DNA of 64,000 nt from Epiperipatus broadwayi. Taxonomy: Eukaryota; Animalia; Onychophora. The notes under the pieces are model-generated. The model searched no databases, had not been told where the DNA came from, and was given only the letters and a program-made list of their open reading frames with translations. Where the stretch lies: contig JAQFVV010000007.1 of the NCBI GenBank assembly GCA_028023455.1, positions 3,224,001 to 3,288,000 on the forward strand. Direction: 5' to 3'. This document shows, one piece after another, positions 52,171 through 64,000 of this stretch (its first letter is position 1; each line of letters opens with the position of its first letter). The position numbers and the translations under genes were made by a program.

Positions 52171-53383
52171 GGTTAATACACACTGAGACAAACATAATTT
52201 TGGATGGATTTATGCATAAGACTTGTTGAAAACTTTATCTGGGGGGTATTTTTCTTCCTACTTTCTTTTTGGTAAAATTGGTTACATAGTTGTGTTGGTT
52301 ATGTCAGCTTTTTGATAAAGCTTAGCACATGATTCTTATATTCTCCTTACTATTATACTGCTTTTCAAAAATAATTTTTTAATTAATTATAAAAATATAA
52401 GCTTTAACTCGGACTAAAATGTAATCATAAATATATAAAGACCATATAGAGAGTTTTCATAAAGTACATTTTTTAAAAAACATTATGTGCTTTGCCAACT
52501 TTCGCACTAGCCCAACATACATACCTATATAATAAAGCTAGAACAAATACAGATAGACAATCAATATTTTTTCTACAATTGGTCATCTCTTGATTCTTAA
52601 TCTGTTAACATTGTGTGCACTTAACACAATGACATTAAATAAAAAATTAAAGAGGCATGGCATATCTCAGGAAAAAAAAAACTTTGTCAATAGAAAAGAT
52701 TCATGCATGCCCCTCTCAAAAAGGTCTATTCTCCCAAATTAATTTTCATATTTAAATTTTATGTAAATTAGCTATAATAGCAAATATAAACACCCACTTC
52801 CATTTTCCAACATATGCTATGACTATGACTTGTACTTTCAAAAATCAAACTTTATTTACACATTAGAGTGGATACAAAAGCAATCAATGATAGTTTCAAT
52901 GTATACATATAAATGTGGTATGCAAGTTGTGTATATAGAAATATCAAAAGTTGTATTAGACCATTAATTTAGTCTTAAAAACAGTATAAGAAACTCATGA
53001 TGGTTAATTAATGCAAGTATGAAAGAAACATAAATAACTATGAATAAAATCAAAGATTATATTAATGCCTTAAGGCAGCGTGTCATGAGCTTAAGTAGTT
53101 AGGAATATAAAAATTCAAACTTATGTATAAGGTTTGGAAATTCCATTGATTAATGATTATCCTGACCCAAGGAGTAACGAGGACTATAAAAATATTTATA
53201 AGTTGATATAGGTAAGTTAATTGTATAGTATGAAATTAATACAAAGTTTGTGTATTAAATATATAGGGTGTATGAAAGATCTTCATAGTTAAAGTTAGAT
53301 TATTCTTAAGTGAAAGATGTAATATATTATTTGTTTAGTGGATGGGAGAAAGTTCTAGTTTTAAGCCTAATAAACACATGAAA

Positions 53384-56300
53384 TTAGGATTCTAGCCTCA
53401 TCTGGCTCCACGTTTGGTCCATTAGCCAAGGCTGACAAGTTCGTTTATCCTCTTCTTTTATCTTGTAGAGGGATTTGAAAAAACAATTAATCATCGAATC
53501 ATCACAGCCATGATCAAATATCGTGCTACATCTGGCAGTCCAAATTGAGAAGTTAATGAAAGTGGCCAATCTTATTGTTCCAAATTGACCCTTTTTAATT
53601 GCTGCATTAAGAGAAATGTTAGCTGGGTCATTGCCATTTATCCGGTCCAACGCTATATTACGGAGATAAGTCCACAAATCACATTGATCCAGAATGTGGC
53701 TAATTGACTCCTCCTGTTTGTTACATAGGGGGCAAAGAGGGTTGATGTTGTAACTCCTTTGGTAGTGGAGAAATGCCCCAGTGGGGAGTGCTCCAAGGAT
53801 AATTTTTATTAAAAAAAATCCAACAAATTTTGGACTCAGTTTGATGAATTTTGTTAATTTGGAAAATCGAGCGATTCCTATTGGAAGTATATTAATGGAT
53901 TTAGTTTTCCCAGGAAATATTAATCGATAAACCTCCCAATATGATAATTTCCCCTGAAAAAGAGAACCCGATGATTGGAAGTTTTGAAAAATTACTGTAA
54001 CTTGCTTCTGTAGCCAAATGCTTCTTAATCTAGGTGGAGGTCGATCGGTAGACTCTATCTTTTCCTTGGGAAAGGGGCACTCCACATCGGGATTATCCTT
54101 AAAAATCTTGAATAGTATATTATGAGTTCATTGGAGGCTTCAGCGAGTGAAGGCTAAGGCCATTAAGAAGTTTGGGTTTTTGTAATATGTTGAGGCTGAT
54201 GACGGGAGTCCTGCCTCCTCAGCAAAGTTTTCTGCATACGGTTTCAATTTTTTGATAAACTTGTACGTAGGGGAAAAATCCTGCTAGATAATGTTATTTT
54301 GGGCAATACAATAGCATTAAGTAGTGCTACCTTCCTCAATAAGGACATGTCAACCTTAGATAGTGATGTTACTGTAGAATTGACCTCAGCTAATAAGGAA
54401 GCTTGGAGTTCTCTTCTAATAATGGACAGGGAGGAAAGGCTAGGGACAATCCAAGAGGGATTTCTGAGGGGGGGGCTTCAAATCTACCTGCATTTGTTTG
54501 CCTGATAGAAGTGACCATATGGCCGATTCCGTTCTGTTTACTCTGAGACCAGATTTGTGAGAAAATTGGTCCAGGAATTCCTCAAGCCTAGTGAACTCAT
54601 CCTGAGATGAGAGGAACACCACCACATCATCCATATAGGTGGCGAATGTTCTCCCTCAGCATAGGGATGGCTATCCCAGGAAAGACAGCCTCAATGCTTA
54701 GCAGTAATGGGTTCAGATAGGCCGTGAAGAGAAGAATACTTAGTGGTGAGGCCTGAGGAATGGAAATACAGGGATGAAAATCCTGGAGCCACTCTACCCT
54801 CGAGAGAGAGAAATACCTCCCAATTATGAAGTAGGTTCACCATCATCTGGAGATATGCTGAAGGTACATGGAGTTCCTCCAGCACACTAAGCAATACTTC
54901 GACCCTGACGCAGTCCAAGGCCCCAGCAAAGTCGAGCTGGACTGCAATCAGTCGGGACATCCTTTTTCTACAAACATGTTCTATGAGAAGGCGAAAATGG
55001 CTGATGGCATCGGCAGTTGAGCTCCCCTTCTTGGCAAATTGGTATGAGGACAATTGATTTATGATGTTGTCTTGGAATCCTCTTTAATTTGGCCTTCAAT
55101 TGTCTTTATCATTAAGAGCAACATCGAGATAGGCCGGAGGTTGTCCAACTGATGTGGGGCTTCCCATTTCTTAATAAGGGAAACCATGGCAATTTGATAT
55201 ATTCCATCAATTTTCTGGGTGCCTTCGGCCAGAAGGTCAATCATTCCCTTGATTATCAGGATGGTAAAGGCATGAAGGTGTTAAGTACAAACTTGGGAAT
55301 GCCATGTAGGCTAGAATAAGTTCTATCCAGGAACGATCTTAAATTTTGATAGGATCCTAGTTTCAGTGATCTTATGCAGAGTTGATTCTTTGTTGACAAG
55401 AGTCCTACGTGAGTTAGTTACTCCCAGAGGTTGGAATTTTCTGTAGTAAAACTCCCGAACTTTGACCAACATAGAAGCACCGGAGTATTCATTGCCCCGT
55501 ATCTCTATTGATCTAGGGGCCCTAGACCTTTTGCCAGGGCCCACCTTCGGTAGCCTCTGGTACAGCAATGTTGGTGATGTAGGTATTGGCGGGCCCTCTT
55601 AATTGATAGATACTCAGCAATGGCTCATTGAGTGTGCTTATATTTTGTCTTTAGAGCCAGAATATTTGAGACAGTTAGGGCTTCATAAGGAAGTGAGCTG
55701 AGCTCTCTGGCAATGGAGTCCAGTTCATGAAGCATACGAACTGGACCCTTGGATTTAGCTGTGCATCTATTGATAAGGTGTTGGAGTGTGTCAACAAATG
55801 CCCTCCAAGCAGCCTGTGCCGGAAGAGAAATTAACTGTAACCGATTAAAGGCGATATAAGCTTCTGATATCAACTGGATAGTAATATTGCCCCTAGTAAG
55901 CATACGAATCGTTCGTGGTAGTTCATTAACGATTTGTGAGACCTTACTCGGGTTGACTATAACTTCTAAGGCAAAGTGGTCAGAAAATACTGCAGGCCAT
56001 AGATGAGCTTTGATAATTGGTGAAAAGGAGGGAGAGAAGAGAACGAGATCAATGAGTGATCTGTACTTTTGAGTGTAAAATGAAAACGCGGTTTGTGGAA
56101 AGAATCTTCTTCAACTTTCCATTTGTTGATTTAGAAATTGCATAAATTTGCTTTGGCATTGTTCATAAGTAAGATTAAAATCTGCAATGATTAGAGTGGG
56201 AAGAGGACTGATTCTGAGGATGGAATTTATAGTCCTGAGAACTGTATCTGAATCCTTGGATAAGTATAAATTTATCAGATTAAAAGGAAAACTATTGATT

Positions 56301-56520
56301 TGAATGGTGGCTATCCTTGGATAAGTACAAATTTATCAGATTAAAAGGAAAACTATTGATTTAAATGGTGGCTATTAAGCAGTTAAAATCAATGTGTAGA
56401 ATTTTAAAGAAGGAAATAGGGGAATTTTTATTGATGATTATTGCAACTCCTACTGAAGCAGAGGAGGAGTAGGAGTAATGGAAGTAGCCTAGGTGATGAA
56501 TGAGATTAAGAGTGTGGTGG
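53384..56520 (-). pseudogene. L1/Tx1 ORF2 (endonuclease, RT, zf-RVT), frameshifted
   Basis: SLIKK...LDNLRPISML, LIAVQLDFAGALDCV, TYMDDVVVFL, LPTG...NPLCPLCNKQEESISHILDQC. Confidence 0.85.
56252..56375. repeat. 61-bp tandem duplication inside the LINE endonuclease region
   Basis: ATCCTTGGATAAGTA...GGTGGCT starting at 56252 and 56313. Confidence 0.9.
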
Positions 56521-56646
56521 TCAGATCCAATATGGAGCTTAGTCTCGGATAGGCAAAGAATATCAGGGGTTTAGTGGTGAAACCAGTGTAATAAGGCATA
56601 AGCCCTGTCACGAGAGTTTAGATCTCTAACATTAACTGATATGACA

Positions 56647-58050
56647 CTAAACATAATAGATGGTATTTTTAGTCTTGTGATTCAAAGATGTGATGTGCCT
56701 AGAGAAGGAGTCAAAAGGATCCGGATCAATGACTGGAGGAAAATCAGCTTCAAGTTCAGGAACAGACTCAGTAATGTCGTCAGCAAGCAAGGAGGAAGAG
56801 TTGATATCATTTGGCAGTGTAATGTGTTCAGAACTGTACGAGGGAGAAACAGCTGAAATGGGTTCGAGATTTGGGTCTATTTGCAGAGGATTTTGAGAGG
56901 CTTCAGGTATCACAGGAGAAGTGTATCTAATTTTTTTATTACTAGGGCTGGGAGGGCCAGCTGATGTCAGGGAGAACAAGCCCCCCAAGGGAGGTAAGAC
57001 TGTCAGCACTGAAATAAGATTCAGCTGGATTAGATCGAGATTTGAGATTGCGTTTTTTTCTCTTATGTCGGGGCGAGGAAGAGGGACCACAGGAGTCAAC
57101 CTCTGGGTCAGTGGCAGAGGCCTTAGGGAGGGCATCCTCCTCAGCCAGAGAAGAGATTTCTGTGGATAGTTCATCAACAGTTACGTAGCGACTCCCAGTA
57201 GATAAGTCATCAGTAAATTGTTGAGCACTGGGGCCAGGAATTGCAGCTGTGTAGGAAAAATGTGATTTGAGCCCAAGATCTTGGTGATTATCAATTTAAT
57301 TGTAATTAGAAGTGGGCCTATTAGCATAAGATTGGGTTGAGGGCAGTGTGTTCTTGTATGCACATTTATGATATTTGTAGCGTATATCTCCGTATTGGAT
57401 GCATATGCGGTCTTGGCATTCATTCATGATATGCCCTCTTTGTCAGCAATGAAAACATTGAAGAGGGACACCGCGGAGTGTGATTGTAAGGGGACATTCC
57501 TGATACTCAATCAATCCTGGAATAGATAAGGGAGAAATGCCCTTATTGAGTACAATTTTGAATAATGCCATATTGGAGAGTACAAGGGTTTGAGCATGAG
57601 GTATGAGTTGTAGTCAAAGGAGATGATTTTTCCATAGGGACCCAGAGCATTTTGTAGGTCAGTTCTATCAAAATCAGCTAGGCAGTTCCGCACTGTTCCA
57701 TCTAAATATAGAGGGTGATTAACATCTATGGTGACTAGATAACGATTAGCGAGTGATTTGAAGTTGTTTCTGAAGGCTTCTTTTGCAACAACATTATGGA
57801 ATTGCACAATGAGATATCGTTTATTAGGATGGAATAAGATCTATATATTGATTCCCATAGATTGTGATCTTTGAATAAGTCATACAGTGATTTGACAGGA
57901 AAATTAAATAAATTAAGATCATTATCAGTAGTTGAGAGAATGATTGCATTTTCATTCTTGTAATTTTTAAAGGTTTTATGGAGTAGAGCAGAGATAGTTC
58001 TATTGAATTGTTCATTGACAAAAGCGTGGATAGCAGGAATACAATGAAAA
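56647..58050 (-). pseudogene. L1/Tx1 ORF1 (gag-like)
   Basis: QCFHC*QRGHIMNEC (CX2CX4HX4C) and a degenerate second knuckle CIQYGDIRYKYHKC at about 57350-57460; Pro/Ser-rich C-terminus. Confidence 0.7.
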
Positions 58051-60336
58051 TTTGTGAGTGGCTCAGAGTGATGTTATTTTTGGAGTATCCTGTTCTGTGT
58101 GTTTTCTACATCAATAATTTGTATGGCCTTATTGATGTAGATTCTGAGTGATAAATGATTTAGACTGAATGTTTGTGTTAGGAATCATAGCTGCTTTTTC
58201 AGCATAGGATAATGGTTTGGAAGCGGATTGATAGGTATTATGATTGGGAACAGCATTTAGTAATGGGAAGTTGTTGTAATTGTTGGTAGTAAGTGGTTTA
58301 GGTTCTGTGACTTTATTTTTGTTGAAATAGTTTGGTGGTTTTGATTTGGATGTGGGACTTGAAAAGGAAAATCAGATTCCAAATCCGTTCTAGTATCGAT
58401 TTGAGAATGTGATAGATTTTTTTGTGAGATGTGGTCAGTGTTATTAATTTGTAAACTGGGTGAATAGTCAGAGTTTGTTGGACTGGAGGTCTGAAGACAT
58501 TTTTTGGGGCATCTCGATTGAAGATGTTGTTGCAGTCCTTGTTGGTGAGTCTTGCATCATTATGGGCTTTTTAATGGCATCTGAAACTTTAGTTTTTGAG
58601 GTTGGGAACATTTGGAGTAAATTCTTGTAAGTGTTGCATATTTACGTTGAAAACAGGTTTTTCTTTCATAGACGATGAAGTAGAATTAATGGTATAATTT
58701 TCTTGCTGTTGTTTGCAATCAGACTTAGAAAGTTTAGTCATATTCTTGGAGGAATAATCTATTGAATTATCAATTTTAAATGTGTCCAAAGCGCAAGCAA
58801 TTTTTATGACTCTTGGGCATTGGTCTGACATTTTCTGATATGAAGAAATCTTCGTTAGAATTATTATTTTTTTTTTTTAAATTTTTTTTGCTTAATGGCG
58901 CTACTGTTTCATCAGTTTTTTCTATATTATTTTTTATTGGAACATCTAAAAAAACTGATTTATCCACTGAGTTGTAGCTTGAGTCCAAATCTATATTGAT
59001 TGTATTTAAATTTGAATTCGAATTATGTGTTGGATTAATTTTTGGTGGCTGATTAGTTTTTCCGCATTTCGTCACTTCCGGTTGAAGCTGATCGTAGCGC
59101 AAGTTTAGTGTTTGATTAGACTGGCATAGGACTTATTTGTAGCAAAGGTAACTGATTTGGTTTTCCCATAGTTTTTAAAAATTGGTTATTTTTAACTGTG
59201 TTTGAATTGAAATTGGCTTGGGAAATGGGTTAACTTTGTTTCTGGGTATCGTTAAATCTACGTTACTAATTTTCTCTTTCACGAGTATTTTTTTTTTTTG
59301 AAGATTTGGTAGGAATCGATTTCATAAGCGGTTTATCTTTAGTATTATTTATGGAAGTAGGTTTTCTACTAGCTCTGCATTTTCTTGTTGATCTATTGAC
59401 CGTGATAAAGTCGTCATTTGAATATTCATTAGGATTTAAGCAACTTTCAGAGTTTGGTATGTTTGAGGCTTCTTTGCTGTCAGCCATTAGACCTGTTCGT
59501 TCGTTAAAATGAATATTTTATACGATATGTGGTCAGAATTATTTTATTTTTGAACAAAATTAGCATATAATAATAAATATAGTACTTACCTGTAATTTTA
59601 GCTATAATTCTCTTAAATATATGACCTCCAACATGTAAATAGGACTGTAATAGGCAGATCTTGTAAATAGATAACTATTCACAATGGCTACTGGAAGCCA
59701 GTCTGACTATACTGTTTTTTTAAAAGAAAAAAGTACTTCATGAAAGCTTTTCTCTATGCGGTCTTTGTATTTTTGCGATTACATTTTTAAACTAATAGTG
59801 AGATCATTTTAACTTTAGACTATCAGGCTTAGTTTCTCACTCTTCATCTCACCTTAGCTGAACTGATACTCATGAAGTCTACTGTACTTTCCTACCCAGA
59901 CTATCTTATTTTTTAAAAATCAATTTCATATCAATCTTTCATCCAACTGCGTTACTGCTTCACAAATTACTACATTAAGTCTTGACCAATTGACTCTTTT
60001 TACAAAGGAGATTATTTTGTTTTTTTCTTTAAAAAAAAAAAAATTATTTATATCCTAATTATTTTAAAAAGTCCCTTGTTAGTGTTTTTTTTTTTAATTA
60101 TTTGAAAAACATACCTTATTTCTTCACAAAAAAATCATAATCTCTTTTTAATTAACTCTTTAAAAAATTAATACCTTGGTTTTTTTTTGTAATTAACTAA
60201 TGAACATCCTTTTAAAAATTGCAATAAAATCACAAATAATAATCTCTTTTACTTCATAATAAAGTTTAATAAATGTTTTATTTCCACAATAAAAAATAAA
60301 TAAATACAAAAACATTAAAGTCAATAGTGACACAAG

Positions 60337-60897
60337 CAGGGCCTTTCAGAGAAAATGCGAGGCCTGGGGCAACTAATATTTTAGAGACCCTTCAAAATTT
60401 AAAATAAGAACATGGAGAGAGAAAAAACAACAGTTTTTAATTACAGCACCAAAAACAGGACTCCAGGAGCAGTTAGTTATGAATTGCAGAAACAAGCAAG
60501 CAGATCAGATCCAGATAGCACTTGGATAGGGTAGATCCACTCTAGCACTGTTAGTATCATAAACACTATTAGCACAGAACTGATTGACAAGAGGCTGAGA
60601 CTATTAGTTCGGCCGGTCACTGAGCGCTGCAGGTGCTTTTATCACAGAGTCGTCAAATTGGCACCTCATCCCTAAACTGGCTTACATTTTCAACTTGTAT
60701 GCCTGTTTGGAAAAGTTTTTCTCGAATATTTTTTTGGGAATTTTAACTGTAAAATTAAAGCCGTTCTATAAGCGATGACATCACTTTGCCTTCTCCTATA
60801 TTTTTGGTTAACATATTGAGTTGCCAAGTTGAGACCCCTAATATTGCGAAGCCTGGGACAGTGCCCCCCTGTCCCCCCCCCACTCTGATTGGCCCTG
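60337..60897. mobile_element. hAT-type MITE (561 bp) with an 8-bp TSD
   Basis: TIR CAGGGCC(TT/AA)TCAGAG; TSD GACACAAG (60329-60336) and GACATAAG (60898-60905). Confidence 0.85.
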
Positions 60898-63467
60898 GAC
60901 ATAAGTATTCCTTTTCAATTTGTTTACATTTTTTTTCTCCTTGCAAAAAGTTTACTGCTAAATATATTCAAAGTTATCACTGAAATGGTGCAATGAGAAA
61001 AAAAATTCACATTATAGGCTAAAAACTTTTAACGTTAAAACTTAAAACTGTGTTCTTAATATAATACATCATGAATAGTTTAAAAGTTGAAACAATGCTT
61101 GTCCTATATTATAGTAATTTTATAAATTAATAACATGAACATTTCAGATTTTCTAATATATACATATATTACGACTACGTCCTTATTAAATGAGGATGGG
61201 GAGGGGGAATAATTTATTAATGCTAACCACATTAAAATTTGATGAAATAAAAAAAAAAAGTTATTGCATATCATTTTACATTTTAAATGATTTGTTATCT
61301 GGATCAAAAAATATATTGTAAAATTAGGAAAATGTTATAAAAGCAAATTATTAAACAGCGATGCTTAGTAAAGAGAATTTATTTATTTTTTGCTAAATAA
61401 TTATATATTGTCTGTTATTTATTTTTGTAGTGTGCATGAGTGACATGAAAGACTTTTAAATAATGAAAATATCATACTTGTGTCATAGTTTAATAGGAAG
61501 AAGAGATGCTTTTTCTTGGAATGTTCTTAATCATTAATAATTTTTGGAAAAGATTGCATTTCATATCTAGCCTCAATCTCTTCAGGTATGACAATATTAA
61601 ATATGTTTCTTAAAAAAAAAAAAACTTTTCTTCAACACTTAGCCCACTTTGAACTCAAAACCATATGAAATAGTAGCTCCAGCAGAAAAAGGTGATTTAT
61701 ATAGCGATTATAAGGTAAACTAAATTATTGAAAAGAAGCAGGGTTATTGGAAAGGTAGCTTATGGTTAACTACATCAATGATAAAATATGAGTTGTGAGA
61801 AGCCACTAAGCAGTGTGAAGAGAATTGTATGAAGTGAATTATATAATTTCATTTCTAAATGAGTAAGCAAAGTACAAAATCCAAAAAAAAAAAGAAGAAA
61901 ATTATTATATTTTGTCAAAATACTAAAAATAAAGATAAGCAAGATTTTGATAAACCCAAATGAAATGCTTGTCTCTAGTGAAATGTTTTTCTTCATAATG
62001 CTAGGAAGAAAACTGTTAAGAACTCCCAACAATGCAAATACTTTTCATTCAATAAGACTAATGTTTCTCAATGATATATTTTAATATTCCTCACAAGTTT
62101 CATTAAAAATATATCACCAGACATTCAATTAGTTCTGTAATTGTATAATTCATTAATAGTCTTGCATGTCTACACACTGATAATTTATTAGAATTAAACT
62201 ATAATTTGCAAATAGATTATTAGTTAGAATTTTCATGTATTTTATTTCATTTCCATTTTATCTGTTTTCTGTTATATTTAAAATAACAAATATTTAAATC
62301 AATTTACATGAATTTAATTCAGAGCATGATTCTCTCTGTGTGTAAGAGAATACACATTGGGTGCGAAATATCAGATTCATGGCAATCAACTGTTATGAAA
62401 TAAACAAATGGCTAAAATTCCAAAGCATGCTCTGTTACACACCAATGAACATCCGGTTTTATTAAAATTAGAAATCTCCTATCATTTAATTCATTAAATA
62501 CAAGCTAATTTTCTGAAGGCAATAATTAAGTACAGATTATTTCTCTTTAATAAAAAAAAACAGAATTAAATTGATGGTTAGACTTTGTTATATTAGCAAA
62601 TGAGATATCAAAGATGTGCAGACAAACTAGCCTTAGTTCCGCCAAAGTCTACTCATCTTAGGCAGCATATTTGTCAATATAAATAGTGTAAATATAACCC
62701 TCAAGTGAATTATGTTTCTTTTTTTGTCATGAAAAAGAATCTGGGTTTGCTCTCAGAAAATAAGCATTGCATATAATGAATGAAATCATAGAAAAAGGAA
62801 AATTAAAAAATTGCTAATTCTAATAACATATTGGGTTACAGGTTTTGTGTAACTGAGCATACTATAGAATTTTATTTGTGCATTAATGATTTTTAATTTT
62901 GTAAGAGTTAATATTTTATAGTATATTTACTATATGTATGTTTTGTTTTTTACATATTATAAATGGAGTTTAATTTATTTATATATATATATAATTAATA
63001 AATTTAGAAAAAAAAAAAGAACCTATTATTTTAAGATAAGCAAGTAGAAATTTGTGCTTTAATTAAGAAAGTAATGAAATTAAAAAAAAAAAACCCCTCA
63101 CACAATCAAACAATGAAGATGTTTAAATAAACAATGGCAATCAGTGATCAAATAATCATTAATACAGAAACTAATAATATGTTAATAATGCCATTCTTCT
63201 GAAATAAATATTTGTAGCAAGAAGGCATACACATAAATAATACTAACATTTCTGATGGATTAGAAAAATAATTTTAATTGAAAAAATATAAGTATAAAAT
63301 ATTTGAAAATAATTATTTTTATATTATTCACAATTTCTATATTAAATGCAAAACCAAGAAGCAAATGTTAAAAAAAATATTTTGGGGAAAAATAATTATT
63401 TTGTAAAAATTCTCATTAAAAAAAAAAAGTTATAAATAAAAAAAAAAAATTTTTTTTAGAAACTTAC

Positions 63468-63672
63468 TTTTGTTAAAATGCGCATAGCTTCTTTGGCAGT
63501 TTCAAATTTTGGTGTGCCAGGCTCAAGTCGATGAAACACAGCATCAATTAGTAAAGGCAAACGTGTTATACGCTGCATCGGCAGCATGAGGAAACTCTGC
63601 ATGTCTAAACTTTGACATTCGGGGTTTGCCTCTAGCCGTCGTAATGCTTCAATGAATTCTGGATTACTATTT
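63468..63672 (-). CDS. Exn: Internal coding exon (205 bp) of an Ephexin/ARHGEF26-like RhoGEF, C-terminal part of the DH domain
   Basis: Polypyrimidine tract plus AAG acceptor and GTAAGT donor. Translation NSNPEFIEALRRLEANPECQSLDMQSFLMLPMQRITRLPLLIDAVFHRLEPGTPKFETAKEAMRILTK; SFLxLPxQRITRLPLL is the ephexin-family DH signature. Confidence 0.88.
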
Positions 63673-64000
63673 CTTTGAAAGAAAAAAACATATCAAATTA
63701 AATAATAGCATTATTCATATATTATATATGTACATTGTAAGAATGAATATTCAATTATAAATTAAAAGAATTTCTAAAATAGTTATTACAGTTCACAGAA
63801 TATTTTGTATTAATATTTTCAATTATATACTTAAAACACCTGCATCGATTGCTACATATATAGGAGCAACACCATTAATCTACCAATAAGATTTTCTGTA
63901 AACTCTTTTAATGCCAACAAAATTGCAAGGAAGTCTCTTTGAATTTTTACAAAACTATTTAAATAATAATACAATAAATAAATTGTTGTGCATATGTTTT

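Larger units (their letters stand above)
53050..59560 (-). mobile_element. Long decayed L1/Tx1-clade non-LTR retrotransposon
   Basis: ORF1 (RRM-like LQNALGPYGKIISF, zinc knuckles) followed by ORF2 (APE, RT, zf-RVT); ends approximate. Confidence 0.8.

Noticed and set aside
59583-59700. CAG/GTAAGT donor site as an Ephexin exon
   Set aside because: Stops in all frames near the site and no similarity.
5387-62032. The many 60-100 aa AT-rich ORFs in the track
   Set aside because: Low-complexity I/F/L/K/N composition expected by chance in AT-rich DNA, or antisense to TE remnants.

Overview
AT-rich eukaryotic DNA (invertebrate-like; inference). It has no prokaryotic operons, rRNA, tRNA or CRISPR. 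The only host coding sequence I recognise is one minus-strand exon (63468-63672) encoding the end of an Ephexin/ARHGEF26-type RhoGEF DH domain, so much of the window may be intron. The rest is a layered set of transposons: the 3' end of a Ty3/Gypsy LTR element (integrase, PPT, LTR), many decayed RTE and CR1-like LINE pieces, a long decayed L1/Tx1-type LINE, a decayed Charlie/SPIN-type hAT transposase, and three TIR elements (pogo/Tigger-like, Tc1/mariner-like MITE, hAT MITE). The most notable feature is four non-coding insertions from two apparently unrelated families (A: 8.4-9.0 kb and 35.7-36.2 kb; B: 12.5-13.75 kb and 17.7-18.5 kb). All four carry type I hammerhead ribozyme motifs and are built as outward-facing inverted repeats. 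The two young copies have 13-16 bp target-site duplications, and the unit RNAs are predicted by eye to fold into long G-U-rich rods with the ribozyme at the tip (retrozyme or viroid-like). All alignments, folds and translations were done by eye; coordinates of decayed elements are approximate.
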